Of a DNA stretch of 64,000 nucleotides, positions 53,643-63,502 are shown in pieces; position 1 is the stretch's first letter, and each line of letters begins with the position of its first letter. The position numbers were made by a program, and so were the translations under genes. The notes below the pieces were generated by a model. That model searched no databases and was not told the origin of the DNA. It saw only the letters and a program-made list of their open reading frames with translations. This DNA comes from Candidatus Latescibacterota bacterium (lineage in GTDB: Bacteria; Latescibacterota; UBA2968; UBA8231). The stretch lies in assembly GCA_022825835.1 (NCBI GenBank), contig JAJDVZ010000131.1:15532-79531 (forward strand). Reading direction: 5' to 3'.

Positions 53643-54782
53643 CTAATGGTCGCGGCTGGCGTCTAAGAGGATTGCCGAAGAGAGAAAGTGCTTGGGGGCC
53701 GGCGGCCCTGGTGCCGGGCGCACGCGGCTCTCGGCGATTATGCGCAGGCGCACAAAGCCCTGGGCATCCGACGGAATCTCCAGCATCCATTCGCAGATCC
53801 CGGCCGGTCGAGACTCCAAACACTCCAGCACGGCCGGCGCGGCATTCGGCTGCCATTGGCCAATCAGTTCGACCTTTTCGACCGCTTCGGTTGCTTCAAA
53901 GACAACGCGCAAAACTCCGGGGCCTCCCGTCCAAGTATCGCCGATAAAATGGTCATCGACCGAAAAATCGCCGAGGTCGAGCCAGTATCCTTGGGAGGCA
54001 CACGTGCGCCCTCGGCGCAGGCCAGCGAAGATCGCTTCTGGGGTAGGTGGATGCCCCGCCTCCACGCCGACCCGGACGTGATTGAAGATGCCCAGCGGAT
54101 AATCGGGCTGGTGCCATTGCTTGTGGACGTGGAAGTCGGAGTTCAACAGCAGGGAAAATGGCCGCTGGCAAGCGTACACTTGATCAACCAAGCCGCCGAT
54201 AGCTCCCCCCGGATAGGCACACGGGTCCATCGCCGCGACTTTGGCGTGCGCTTGGTGTCCATGCAAGGCTTCGATGCCGACGACAAGGCCCGCCGCTTCT
54301 ACGCTCGCGCCATCAGCGGCGAGATATCGATTGATGCTCTCTGTGGACCACTGGCCAGCAGCAGGGTGATTGAAGAAGAGGACGGGGCGTTCCACCGCCG
54401 GCAGCGCGTTCAAGTGATCTAACGCCGCTTCTACGCTACTGGGAGTCGCCGCCCTCAGCCGATCGTGGGCTGCGGCGAAGGCATAGGCATTTTCGGCCTC
54501 GCGCTCGCCGATCGGAAAGACGAGCCCGGCGTGGCCTCCCATCGGCGCGTTCCACTCTAGTCCGAAGAAAATGGGGAATCCCGGCAAAATGCGGCGCGCT
54601 TGCTCAATCATGCGATGTTGCTCAAAAAAGACGGGCTTTTGCGCGTGGTTGGTCAGCGCGATAAAATCGAGTGCATCGCCTGCCCCAGCCAAGTGCTCGG
54701 CGACCAAGGCGTGATCTTCGCAGTGGCTGTGCATATCGCCGCGGAGCCACCTCAGCGGCCCGTGCGTTATTTTGTCGGCCAT
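53643..54782 (-). CDS. PHP-domain (CehA/McbA-like) metallohydrolase
   Basis: WLRGDMHSH, LDFIALTNH, GLEW....GH, FNHP, NSDFH. Confidence 0.75.
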   Translation of the reverse strand: MADKITHGPLRWLRGDMHSHCEDHALVAEHLAGAGDALDFIALTNHAQKPVFFEQHRMIEQARRILPGFPIFFGLEWNAPMGGHAGLVFPIGEREAENAYAFAAAHDRLRAATPSSVEAALDHLNALPAVERPVLFFNHPAAGQWSTESINRYLAADGASVEAAGLVVGIEALHGHQAHAKVAAMDPCAYPGGAIGGLVDQVYACQRPFSLLLNSDFHVHKQWHQPDYPLGIFNHVRVGVEAGHPPTPEAIFAGLRRGRTCASQGYWLDLGDFSVDDHFIGDTWTGGPGVLRVVFEATEAVEKVELIGQWQPNAAPAVLECLESRPAGICEWMLEIPSDAQGFVRLRIIAESRVRPAPGPPAPKHFLSSAILLDASRDH

Positions 54783-54923
54783 GGGCAAAACGGACGGTTG
54801 CGTATATTCTCTATGTCGCCTATCGGCTTGAGTTTGAAGTCTGAGCCTTATAGATTAAGCGAAAACTTGGATTGCGTAAAAGAGTCGCCGGCAACCTTGG
54901 CGACTGGCTTGAGGAGTAAAACA

Positions 54924-56948
54924 GTGCACAAATGGTCAATTCTCATCGCGCTCGCGCTTTCTACCGCACCGGCAACCGCCCAGATTTCGCTGTGGAAAAT
55001 GGGCGGCCAAGGCTTGGCTTGGAGCCGGAGTGACAGTAGCGAAGTCTTTATCGACTTCCAGACCTTTCCCGGCTCCATTGCGCCGACCTACTTCGACGGC
55101 GAGGAAAACATCCTTTCCAAGCTCCCTTTCTGGTCGCCCTTTAAGTTTCCCACCGACTTGGGTTACGAAGACGGCCTCATTCCGCGGGTCTGGCGCGCAG
55201 CCAACGGCTTCTATTGGTTCACGGCCGGAACCCTTACTACCGAGTGGGTCGATGGCGACAGCTCTTCTTATAGCCCGCCGGTAGCGCGCGGCATCAATTC
55301 GGAGTGGTACACTTTCGACGTGGGCGTTCCAGTGCCCGCCAACGTAGTCGGGTTCTACACGCCGCCGCACGGTTTTCGCGCCGACGGCACGCTGCTGCGC
55401 GACGACATCTTCAAGGCGTTTGAAGTCTCAATCGCCGAAGAGTTCGACCCGGTCCTCAACCTCGAAAACAACGACAACGACTATCACCGCCTAGAGACCT
55501 TGATCGCCGATGTGCCGCTCAATTTTGACGCCAATGTCCAGCTCGAATTTCCCAAGCAGTACGTGCGTTTCATCCGCCTGCGCCGCAACCCTTCCATCGA
55601 CGACAAAGCCTTTGCCTCGGGCCAAGCCAATGTCCAGCAGGGAACCATCGGCGAGTTCGAGCTAAAGGGCGAAGGGGTGCCCAAGCGGGTATTTTATCTT
55701 TCTAAAATCATCTCCCTCGGGCGCACGGTGAATTTCGGGCGTCTATTCTGGGACGCCACGCCCATGCGAATGGTCAACGGGGTCCCCACTCCCGTTGACG
55801 ATGCCCAAGCACGACTCGCGATCTCCGTGCGCTCTGGCCGCGATGACGACCCCAACGTCTATCACGAATTTACCGACACCGGTGCCGAGCGCACGGTCTC
55901 GCGTGCGCGCTTTGAGAAAGACCTCAAGCAACCAGACCAAACGACCCAAGGCCAGATCCAAGAAGGCAAGCCCGGCCTTAGAGCCTCTATCATTTACGAC
56001 CAAGACAACTGGACCTTCTGGTCTTTTCCCATCGCCGAGTCTGGGCAGCCCGCCCCGCTGGAGCGCGGCAACCACATCCAAGTGAGGCTCACCTTCGAGA
56101 GCAGTTCCTTCTTCGACTTCGTGCGGCTCGACTCGCTGTGGGTTGAGACCGCATCGCCGTTGGCCTCGCAAGTCATCGGCGAGGTCGCCCGCTTTGACGA
56201 GCCGACGCCTAGCGGCGGCCTAACCGAAGTGTACTTAGGTGAGATGACGGACTTTACCTATGATGTGCGTGCTCAGTTCGACGGGGCGAGCCAGCCGGGC
56301 TTCGATACCATCCGGATCCGCACAGGTAGCCGCCCCCAGTTTAAAGGGCTAGAAATGGGCCAGCCACTCCAAGTCATAGAACCGACTGAGGTGATAGAGG
56401 CGGAGAGTGAGCTAGTAGTGCGCCTGCCGCAGTCGATCACGCGCAGCCGCAATGAACCAGTGCGGCTGGTCTTCGGCACCGAGGTCTTCATCTTTGCCAA
56501 CACGTTCGCCGGCGAGGTGTTCGACGCGAACGAGGAGAGCTTGCCGCAGCAGATTGAGGCCGGTAACGCCTCCGACGAAGTCAACACCAACAGCCTTCGG
56601 GTGTTGGGTGGCGCACAAGATGCCGGGGCTCCCATCGAAAACCTAGCTTTTTCAAGCGAGGTATTGACCCCCAACGGCGACGGTGCCAACGATGTGCTAG
56701 CCATCAGTTATACCTTGTTTCGCCTGCCCGGCCCGGTGCCCGTGGCTCTCAACATCTACGACTTGCGCGGCATCCGGGTCGGCGGCCTCGAACTCGGAAT
56801 GCAGGGGGCCGGGCCGCAAACCGTGCATTGGGATGGCCGCGACGCGAGCGGCGAGTTGTTGGTCCCGGGTCTGTATGTGATGGAGATCGCCCTCAAGTCG
56901 GAATTCAAAACCTTCCGCCACCAGCAGCCGTTGGGCTTGGCCTACTAG
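54924..56948 (+). CDS. Secreted protein with C-terminal FlgD-Ig-like domain (paralog family B, copy 3)
   Basis: GAGGAG RBS with GTG start and signal peptide. GEGV, NFGRLFW, RSG.DD.P..Y, NWTFWS, GFD, GNA, LTPNGDGAND, WDGRD..G.LLVPG.Y, ending LGLAY. Confidence 0.85.
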   Translation: MHKWSILIALALSTAPATAQISLWKMGGQGLAWSRSDSSEVFIDFQTFPGSIAPTYFDGEENILSKLPFWSPFKFPTDLGYEDGLIPRVWRAANGFYWFTAGTLTTEWVDGDSSSYSPPVARGINSEWYTFDVGVPVPANVVGFYTPPHGFRADGTLLRDDIFKAFEVSIAEEFDPVLNLENNDNDYHRLETLIADVPLNFDANVQLEFPKQYVRFIRLRRNPSIDDKAFASGQANVQQGTIGEFELKGEGVPKRVFYLSKIISLGRTVNFGRLFWDATPMRMVNGVPTPVDDAQARLAISVRSGRDDDPNVYHEFTDTGAERTVSRARFEKDLKQPDQTTQGQIQEGKPGLRASIIYDQDNWTFWSFPIAESGQPAPLERGNHIQVRLTFESSSFFDFVRLDSLWVETASPLASQVIGEVARFDEPTPSGGLTEVYLGEMTDFTYDVRAQFDGASQPGFDTIRIRTGSRPQFKGLEMGQPLQVIEPTEVIEAESELVVRLPQSITRSRNEPVRLVFGTEVFIFANTFAGEVFDANEESLPQQIEAGNASDEVNTNSLRVLGGAQDAGAPIENLAFSSEVLTPNGDGANDVLAISYTLFRLPGPVPVALNIYDLRGIRVGGLELGMQGAGPQTVHWDGRDASGELLVPGLYVMEIALKSEFKTFRHQQPLGLAY

Positions 56949-56982
56949 GCTCGACTGCGCTTGGTCCAAACGCGCCTATTCA

Positions 56983-57570
56983 ATGCCTCCTGTAGATATA
57001 AGCCGCTTGGGCGAAGACATTGTATTCGAAGAGAACCTCCGGGGGCGCACTTTTACCTTCCACTCTACTTGGGGTCTTTTCAATCCCAAACGCATTGACC
57101 CAGGGACGCGGCTGCTCATCGACCACATCAAAGCCGGACCTGCCGATTGCTGCCTCGACTTAGGGTGCGGATATGGTCCCATCGGCTTGGCATTGGGCCA
57201 TCTCTGCCCCGAGGGCGAGGTCCATCTGATCGACAAGGACTTCGTCGCCGTCGAGTACGCGGCGCAAAACGCCGCACGCAACGGACTGACCAATTGTCGC
57301 GCCTATTTGAGCAACGCCTTCAGCCACGTGCCCGCCCACGTGCGCTTTGACACTATTGCCTCCAACTTACCCGCGAAAACAGGCAACGAACTCCTGACGA
57401 TCATCATGCACGACGCCTGCGCTCGCCTCAAGCCGGGCGGACACCTGTGGGTCGTCACCATTGCTGGGCTAAAGGAGTACATCAAGCGCAATTTCAAGGA
57501 AGTCTTCGGCAACTATAAAAAGGTCAAACAGCGAGGGACGTACCTACTATCTCTGGCGGTTAAAGAGTAG
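56983..57570 (+). CDS. Small class I methyltransferase (MTS domain, RsmC-like)
   Basis: WGLF.P..ID.GTRLL, LDLGCGYGPIG, IDKDFVAV, SNLP. Confidence 0.85.
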   Translation: MPPVDISRLGEDIVFEENLRGRTFTFHSTWGLFNPKRIDPGTRLLIDHIKAGPADCCLDLGCGYGPIGLALGHLCPEGEVHLIDKDFVAVEYAAQNAARNGLTNCRAYLSNAFSHVPAHVRFDTIASNLPAKTGNELLTIIMHDACARLKPGGHLWVVTIAGLKEYIKRNFKEVFGNYKKVKQRGTYLLSLAVKE

Positions 57571-57587
57571 AGGTTCTTTCTCCCGCC

Positions 57588-57626
57588 TCTGCGTCCATCT
57601 GCGTCCATCTGCGTCCATCTGCGGAT
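57588..57626. repeat. (ATCTGCGTCC)n decamer array, copy 3
   Basis: TCTGCGTCC ATCTGCGTCC ATCTGCGTCC ATCTGCGGAT between convergent genes. Confidence 0.85.
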
Positions 57627-57628
57627 AC

Positions 57629-58681
57629 CTAGAGCAACTCCTCGTTTACCTTGACGCCAAATCCTGGGCCTTCGGGCAGTACTAAGTGACCTTCCTGCGG
57701 TTGCGGCTCCCCCAGCCATAGCTTGTCGCGCACCGCGTCGCGCCGGCCCATAACCATCTCGGCCAAATTGTCGCCGTAGCCAGCCGCCAAAAAGTGCAGC
57801 CCCCAAATCTCGCCGCCCCGATGGGGCACCACGGGGATGCGGTGGGCTTGGGCCAGCTTGGCAATGCGCAGCGTCGCCGTCAGACCGCCGCACCAAGTGA
57901 CGTCCGGCTGCCACAAGTCCAGAGCCCGTGCGCTGGCGATATGGCCGAAATCCCGCGCGGTGAATTCGTGTTCGCCGCCAGCCAACAAAATGGGGTGGAT
58001 CTGCGGACGCAACGCCGCCAAGCCATCTAGGTCGTCGGGCAACAGCACGTCTTCAAACCAGTATATGTTGAACGGCGCGAGTTGCTGCGCCACGGCCACG
58101 GCAAAGTCGGGCGACCACGACATGTACGCGTCAATCATCAAGAGCGCGTCTTTGCCCAAGGTCTGGCGCGCCCCTTCGGCCCACTCAAGTATGCGCGCCG
58201 CATCAGCGGCTTGGCCTCCTTGCTGCGTCTGCGAAGACTTATGGGCACTAAAGCCCAAGTCGCGATACCAAGCGCAATCTGGGCCTGTGGCGTAGGTCCG
58301 CACCTCGTCCCGCTGCCGACCACCCAACAAGTCGCAGACGGACTTCTTTTCGGCCCGGCCCAAGACATCCCACAGCGCCAGATCTACGCCGCTGATGGCC
58401 ATAACGGCGATCCCGCTGCGGCCGTAGGGCAGGCTGGCCTTGTACTGGTCGTCCCAGAGCCGGGCGACATCTTCAACGCTGTTGATGCTGCGCCCCACCA
58501 GCAACTCGCGCAGGTGGCGATTGATCACCTCTACAGCAGCAATCCCACCGCCACCCGCTCCCCAGCCGCTGACGCCGACATCTGTATCTATCCGCACGAC
58601 CATCTGCCAGAAATGCCGACGCCAAGCCGCAGGCGCGACGCGATAGCGGGGATACATCGACTGCACTTCGGTTATTTTCAT
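57629..58681 (-). CDS. Enolase-superfamily sugar-acid dehydratase (L-rhamnonate dehydratase-like)
   Basis: LPYGR.G...MAISGVDLALWD, YATG, LM.DAYMSW, WFED, GGEHE, QPD..WCGGLT, VVPH, PGFGV. Confidence 0.8.
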   Translation of the reverse strand: MKITEVQSMYPRYRVAPAAWRRHFWQMVVRIDTDVGVSGWGAGGGGIAAVEVINRHLRELLVGRSINSVEDVARLWDDQYKASLPYGRSGIAVMAISGVDLALWDVLGRAEKKSVCDLLGGRQRDEVRTYATGPDCAWYRDLGFSAHKSSQTQQGGQAADAARILEWAEGARQTLGKDALLMIDAYMSWSPDFAVAVAQQLAPFNIYWFEDVLLPDDLDGLAALRPQIHPILLAGGEHEFTARDFGHIASARALDLWQPDVTWCGGLTATLRIAKLAQAHRIPVVPHRGGEIWGLHFLAAGYGDNLAEMVMGRRDAVRDKLWLGEPQPQEGHLVLPEGPGFGVKVNEELL

Positions 58682-58802
58682 ACGTAACCCCTTGTGTACA
58701 TTTTGTTTTTATTGCCTTCCGTTTTGGTAATAAGTCGCTTCGTATCGTATTATTTATATATCAAACATCTAGTATTCTATATCCCCATTATAGGAACAGT
58801 CC

Positions 58803-59888
58803 ATGTCCTTAGGACGCAACCTGAAAGAGCTAAGACAGAAACAATCGCTCAATCAGAAAGACCTCTCAGATCGCTCCGGCGTCTCCCAAGCCACCATCTC
58901 TCGCATTGAAACCGGCCGCGTGCGCCGGCCAGGCTCGTTGGCCCTAAAAAGTTTAGCTGACGCCCTCGGCATCTCGACCGACTCCCTAGTGGACGATGCG
59001 GCGCACTTGGCCCGAGTCCACAAAGATCGTTTGCATAAAATCACCGAGACCCTCAAGGCCTTTGTCATCCACGAAAACGGACGCTTGCGCTTCATCAGCC
59101 AGACCTTGGCCGACCTATTGGGTTATCGCGAGGAAGAATTGCTAGCCAAAGACGGCATTGAGCTACTGTTCGCTCCCCAGTCTCGTCCTGAAGCTCGGCA
59201 CATGGTCGCCAGCGGCTCGTCCAATGCCTATGAAGCGCTCATGGTGCGCGGTGACGGCAGCTTTCTTCCCGTCGAGATCACCAATGTCAACATCAGCGAA
59301 AAAGAGCGCTTGAGCATTGTGCGCGACATTACCACTCACTGCTGTCAGCAAGGGGCCTTTCGCGTCTTGCAGGCTGGTTGCGACGCCGACAAGATGCGCG
59401 ATCTAGGCAAGGTCGTGCGCATCCTCGGCGACGAATTAGAGGCGATGGGCGTCCAATTCGAGGCGGTTGACCTACAGGTCATAGACGAACAAAGAAACCT
59501 CTTGGCTTGCTACCGCGCCTATTCCGCAGCGCGCGGTTATCGCTCCTTACAGAGCGTGGTAAATCTCCAAGAATCCCTCGGTCGCTTTGCTTCCTTGCGG
59601 AAATTAGTTAGCTACTGGAACCGGGACAAAGCCTGGGAGCGCGAAGCCGACGAGGATTTTCGCCAGATGACCCAAGAAATTTTCTCGGACTCGATGTATC
59701 GCCCCGGACTGCTGCTCGACGTGCCCTTTGCACAGGGGATGTTAGGTCTGGGGCTACCCATAGGCGGGCCTAGGCGCACCGAACAGCTAACGACCATATT
59801 GGGCGAGTTTACCCGCTCTATCTCTTTGGTTGTCAAGCGGCTGTTTGAGCTTCTATCATTGCGCGAAAAGCTGGGCTCTACTGATTAG
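58803..59888 (+). CDS. XRE-family HTH transcriptional regulator with PAS domain
   Basis: LKELR...LNQ.DLS..SGVSQATISRIETG. PAS: LLGY.EEELL, R.DGS.LPVE, IVRDIT. Confidence 0.85.
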   Translation: MSLGRNLKELRQKQSLNQKDLSDRSGVSQATISRIETGRVRRPGSLALKSLADALGISTDSLVDDAAHLARVHKDRLHKITETLKAFVIHENGRLRFISQTLADLLGYREEELLAKDGIELLFAPQSRPEARHMVASGSSNAYEALMVRGDGSFLPVEITNVNISEKERLSIVRDITTHCCQQGAFRVLQAGCDADKMRDLGKVVRILGDELEAMGVQFEAVDLQVIDEQRNLLACYRAYSAARGYRSLQSVVNLQESLGRFASLRKLVSYWNRDKAWEREADEDFRQMTQEIFSDSMYRPGLLLDVPFAQGMLGLGLPIGGPRRTEQLTTILGEFTRSISLVVKRLFELLSLREKLGSTD

Positions 59889-59955
59889 CCACTACTAACT
59901 TAACCGAACGATTTTTCCACCTCACCGAGACTTTCGCGCCTAGTAGGGGTCTGAG

Positions 59956-61314
59956 CTATGAACGCGCTTCTTCAGGGCTGACCTTCCGCTGGCCCGAGCG
60001 GCGCAGCACGGCCTCTTTGATGTGGGGGCGAGACTCTCCGGCTTCTTCCATGCGTCTCAAGAGCCGTTCTCGCATTACTTGGGCCACTTCTCGGTGCGAC
60101 TCGGGGCCGACTAGATTGTTCAGTTCGTAGGGATCGGCCTGTAGATCGTAGAGATACTGCTCCTCGTAGAGATCGGCTCCTGCCACGTCTCGGCCTTGCT
60201 CGCCGGGAGCATCCACCCCGTACTTCCACCGATGAGTGCGAACGGCCCGTCCGACTTGGGCTTCGCTGATCTGCACGAAGACCTCTGTGGGCCAATCAGC
60301 GGTGCCGCCGCGCAAAAGCGGAATGAGCGAGCGGCCCTGCATCTGCTCGGGGACTTCCAGACCGGCCGCATCCAAAAGCGTTGGCGGCAGGTCGATCAAG
60401 CTAATCAGTTCTTGCAGTTGGCCGCCGCGAAAACCAGGTCCGGTCAAAACCGTCGGCACGCGGACCGAGCTTTCGTGGCAAGAGCGCTTGTACTCGTTGT
60501 TGCGCGTCTTGAAGTGACAGCCGTGATCCGACGTAAAGAGCACGATAGTGTCGTCGGCCAACTCCAAACTCTTGAGCGCGTCGTGCAGGCGGCCATAAGC
60601 TTCGTCGAGCCGCTTGACCATCCCGTAATAGCCGCCTAAGTGCTGGTGCGTCGAGCCGCCTAATGCCGCTAGATCGGGCGGGACCCAGCCTCCGGTGTAG
60701 GCTTCCCGGTAGCCATCGGGGGGCGGATAGTCGTCCAAGTGGTTCTGGTGATGGGGTTCAATATAGGAGACAAACAGGAAAAAGGGACGATCTTGATGCG
60801 CATCCACGTAGCGGATCGCAGCATCTGTGACCGCATCCACGCGATAACCGGGTAGGCGGACGGGTTGTTCGTCATTGTCGTAAAGAACCGTGCTGTAGGC
60901 GTCGGAAGTAAACTCGAGCACATTCGACGCCAACCAGTACTGGTAGCCAAAGCGGTCCGCTGCCGGCACCGGACCGGTGGTCCCTCGCTCGTGTAGATGC
61001 CACTTGCCGATATATCCCGTGTCGTAGCCTGCCGCGGCAAAGTAGTGGGCGAGGGTCTGGCTGTCCGCGGGCAAGGGAATGCCGTTGCGGTAACAGCCTG
61101 TAGTCGTGGCGTAGAGGCCCGTTTGCAGACAAGAGCGTGCCGGGCCGCAGACGGGTTGGCACGTAAAGGAATGAGCCGCATGGGTGTACTCGCGGCCCAA
61201 GCGATCGAGATTCGGCGTAAGGCCCAGCGGATTGCCGTGTAGCCCTGCTGTATCCCAGCGCTGTTGATCCGTGAAAAATACTATGACGTTTGGTTGTCTA
61301 TTGTCTCCGACCAT
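59956..61314 (-). CDS. S1 sulfatase
   Basis: PNVIVFFTDQQR, CGPARSCLQTG, GKWH, EPHH, FTSDHG, LYDL..DPYE. Confidence 0.9.
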   Translation of the reverse strand: MVGDNRQPNVIVFFTDQQRWDTAGLHGNPLGLTPNLDRLGREYTHAAHSFTCQPVCGPARSCLQTGLYATTTGCYRNGIPLPADSQTLAHYFAAAGYDTGYIGKWHLHERGTTGPVPAADRFGYQYWLASNVLEFTSDAYSTVLYDNDEQPVRLPGYRVDAVTDAAIRYVDAHQDRPFFLFVSYIEPHHQNHLDDYPPPDGYREAYTGGWVPPDLAALGGSTHQHLGGYYGMVKRLDEAYGRLHDALKSLELADDTIVLFTSDHGCHFKTRNNEYKRSCHESSVRVPTVLTGPGFRGGQLQELISLIDLPPTLLDAAGLEVPEQMQGRSLIPLLRGGTADWPTEVFVQISEAQVGRAVRTHRWKYGVDAPGEQGRDVAGADLYEEQYLYDLQADPYELNNLVGPESHREVAQVMRERLLRRMEEAGESRPHIKEAVLRRSGQRKVSPEEARS

Positions 61315-61338
61315 TTTACGCTTACTCTCCTTTTTTGC

Positions 61339-62661
61339 CTACGGCTCAAGCGTCCGATTCGCTGCGCGCTGTAACTCCTCTACCACCTGTTCGACGTCTC
61401 CACCTTCAATCGCCTCTATCATCGCCTCTCGAATCAATCGCCGCACTCGTTCATACCCCGCCATCGTCGGCTCTGATTTTCCGTAGTCCAACATGCCAAA
61501 CGCCACCTCATAGTGCGGGTTTTCTTCAAAATAGCTTTCCAATTCCCGCGCCGTACTCTTGCGCACCGGAAAGTAGTTGCTTGCCCGCACCCACCGCGCT
61601 TGTTGCTCCGGCGCAGTGAACCACTTGAGAAAAAGCCAAGCCGCTAGCTGTTTTTCCGGCGTACCGGCACAGAGCGACACGCTGGCCCCGTACACGTCAA
61701 CAACTGGCCGCGAGCCAGTCTGCGGCGGATGGGTTACGCCCCACTCGAAATCCAGCCCAGAGTCCTCAATACCAATTTTGTAAAAAGGCAGGCCAGAGGA
61801 AGAATCCTGTGAGAATAGGATCTGACCGGTGACGAACTCGTTTACCTCGACATCCCGTTCGGCCGCGACATCTATGGCACCTTCCCGTGCTAGCTCCTGC
61901 AGCAGTTCCAGTACCGATTTAACTTCTGGCGAGTCCAGCGCATAGGCACTGCCGGTCGAATCCACTAAGTCGCCGCCGCGACTGAAGACCATCGCCGCGA
62001 ATCGGCTGGCGTCCACATCGAGCAAAAAACCCAAGCTGCGCGCGGGGGTTTCGTTTTTGCTAAAGGGTTGCTGTTGGGCGAGACGGCACATCGCGGCAAA
62101 ATCGTCCCACGTCGCCGGCGGCCCGTCGTAGCCCAGCTCGCGCAACCAATCAGCATTGTAGTAGAGCAGCTCCATCGAGCGATTCGGCGGGAAGCCAATC
62201 TGCACTCCGCCGATATTGTCCTGCTCCAGAAACGCTTGGACGTAGTCGCTGCGCTCTTGGGGCGACAAGCCCCACTTGGGCGAATCCACATAGGGCGTTA
62301 TATCCACTATGCCGTCGGCTTGGTAGTAGGCTCGGGCTTGGTTTTGGTAGGCTACGACCAAGCTAGCGGCCAGCGCACCGCTCTGGATACCCACGTTCAT
62401 CTTGTTGTAGATGTCCCCATAGCGCCCCATGTACTCGCCGCGAACCTCGATTCCATAGCGGTTCGTCTGGTTAAAGTCGGCAATCAACTCTTGCAGGGCA
62501 TCTTCGCGCTGGCCGGTGTGTTGGTACCAAAAGACGATTCTCTGGCCCTGTGGATCGAGGGCTTCAAGACTAGTCGGCTGCTCGTCAACAGCCTCTTGCT
62601 GGCCGCCACAGGCCAACAAAAAGGCACACCAAACCAACGTCATCGCACTTCTCGGTTTCAT
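61339..62661 (-). CDS. Carbohydrate ABC transporter substrate-binding lipoprotein (UgpB-like)
   Basis: Lipobox LLAC, FW, PP.RS.ELLYYN.D, P.TWD, AAWLFLKWF, YFPVRKS. Confidence 0.88.
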   Translation of the reverse strand: MKPRSAMTLVWCAFLLACGGQQEAVDEQPTSLEALDPQGQRIVFWYQHTGQREDALQELIADFNQTNRYGIEVRGEYMGRYGDIYNKMNVGIQSGALAASLVVAYQNQARAYYQADGIVDITPYVDSPKWGLSPQERSDYVQAFLEQDNIGGVQIGFPPNRSMELLYYNADWLRELGYDGPPATWDDFAAMCRLAQQQPFSKNETPARSLGFLLDVDASRFAAMVFSRGGDLVDSTGSAYALDSPEVKSVLELLQELAREGAIDVAAERDVEVNEFVTGQILFSQDSSSGLPFYKIGIEDSGLDFEWGVTHPPQTGSRPVVDVYGASVSLCAGTPEKQLAAWLFLKWFTAPEQQARWVRASNYFPVRKSTARELESYFEENPHYEVAFGMLDYGKSEPTMAGYERVRRLIREAMIEAIEGGDVEQVVEELQRAANRTLEP

Positions 62662-62665
62662 CGCG

Positions 62666-63502
62666 TTATCCCTTGAGTCCAGATATGGAAATGCCTTCGG
62701 TGAATTCTCGCTGAATGAGAAAATACGCCAAAAGTACGGGAGCCGTTGCAATGACCGCTCCGGCCATTTGCAGGTGGATTTCGGTCCCGGCCTCACTGGC
62801 AAACTGCTGCAAACCCACGGCAATCGGACGCCAATCCGGCGTATTGGTCACCAGTAGCGGCCAAGCCAAGGCGTTCCATGAACCAATAAACGTAAACATA
62901 CCGACCGTCAAAAGGGGTGCTCGGCACAAGGGGACCGCGATCTGAAACAAAAAGCGCACGTGGCCGACTCCCTCAATCCGGGCTGCATCCCACAGCTCGT
63001 TGGGCAGGCCGCGCATAAACTGGCGCAAGAGAAAGATGCTAAAAGCACTGGCCATAAAGGGAATGGTCAGAGCCGGCCAGCTATTGAGCCAAGCAAACGG
63101 CGTATTGCGGTGCAACCACGTCACGACGAGAAAATTCGGCACGATGGTCACGGCCTCGGGGATCATCAGTGTAGCCAAGACGCCGGTAAACACCACATCG
63201 CGTCCGCGAAACTGCATCCGCGCCAGCGGATAGGCCGCCATCACCGAGAACAGCAGGGTTCCACTGACCTGTAGGACAGCGATGATCAGCGAATTCTCAA
63301 AGTAGAGACCAAAATCCGCCTCGTGCCACGCCTCGATGTAATTGTCCCATTGGACGCGCTCGGGCAGCAAGGCCCGTCGCAGCGATTCGCCGCGGTTCAT
63401 AAAAGAGGCCAACAGCATCCACGCGAACGGGAAGCCAGCGGCCAGCCCTCCCAAGCTCAAGCCGCAGTAAATCAGCTTAGCTTGGCCGCTCCTAGTCGCC
63501 AT
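62666..63502 (-). CDS. Carbohydrate ABC transporter permease (UgpE/MalG-like)
   Basis: NY.EAW, AAY.LAR..F.GR, FLLRQF..LP.EL.DAARIEG (EAA loop), WNAL.WPL. Confidence 0.9.
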   Translation of the reverse strand: MATRSGQAKLIYCGLSLGGLAAGFPFAWMLLASFMNRGESLRRALLPERVQWDNYIEAWHEADFGLYFENSLIIAVLQVSGTLLFSVMAAYPLARMQFRGRDVVFTGVLATLMIPEAVTIVPNFLVVTWLHRNTPFAWLNSWPALTIPFMASAFSIFLLRQFMRGLPNELWDAARIEGVGHVRFLFQIAVPLCRAPLLTVGMFTFIGSWNALAWPLLVTNTPDWRPIAVGLQQFASEAGTEIHLQMAGAVIATAPVLLAYFLIQREFTEGISISGLKG

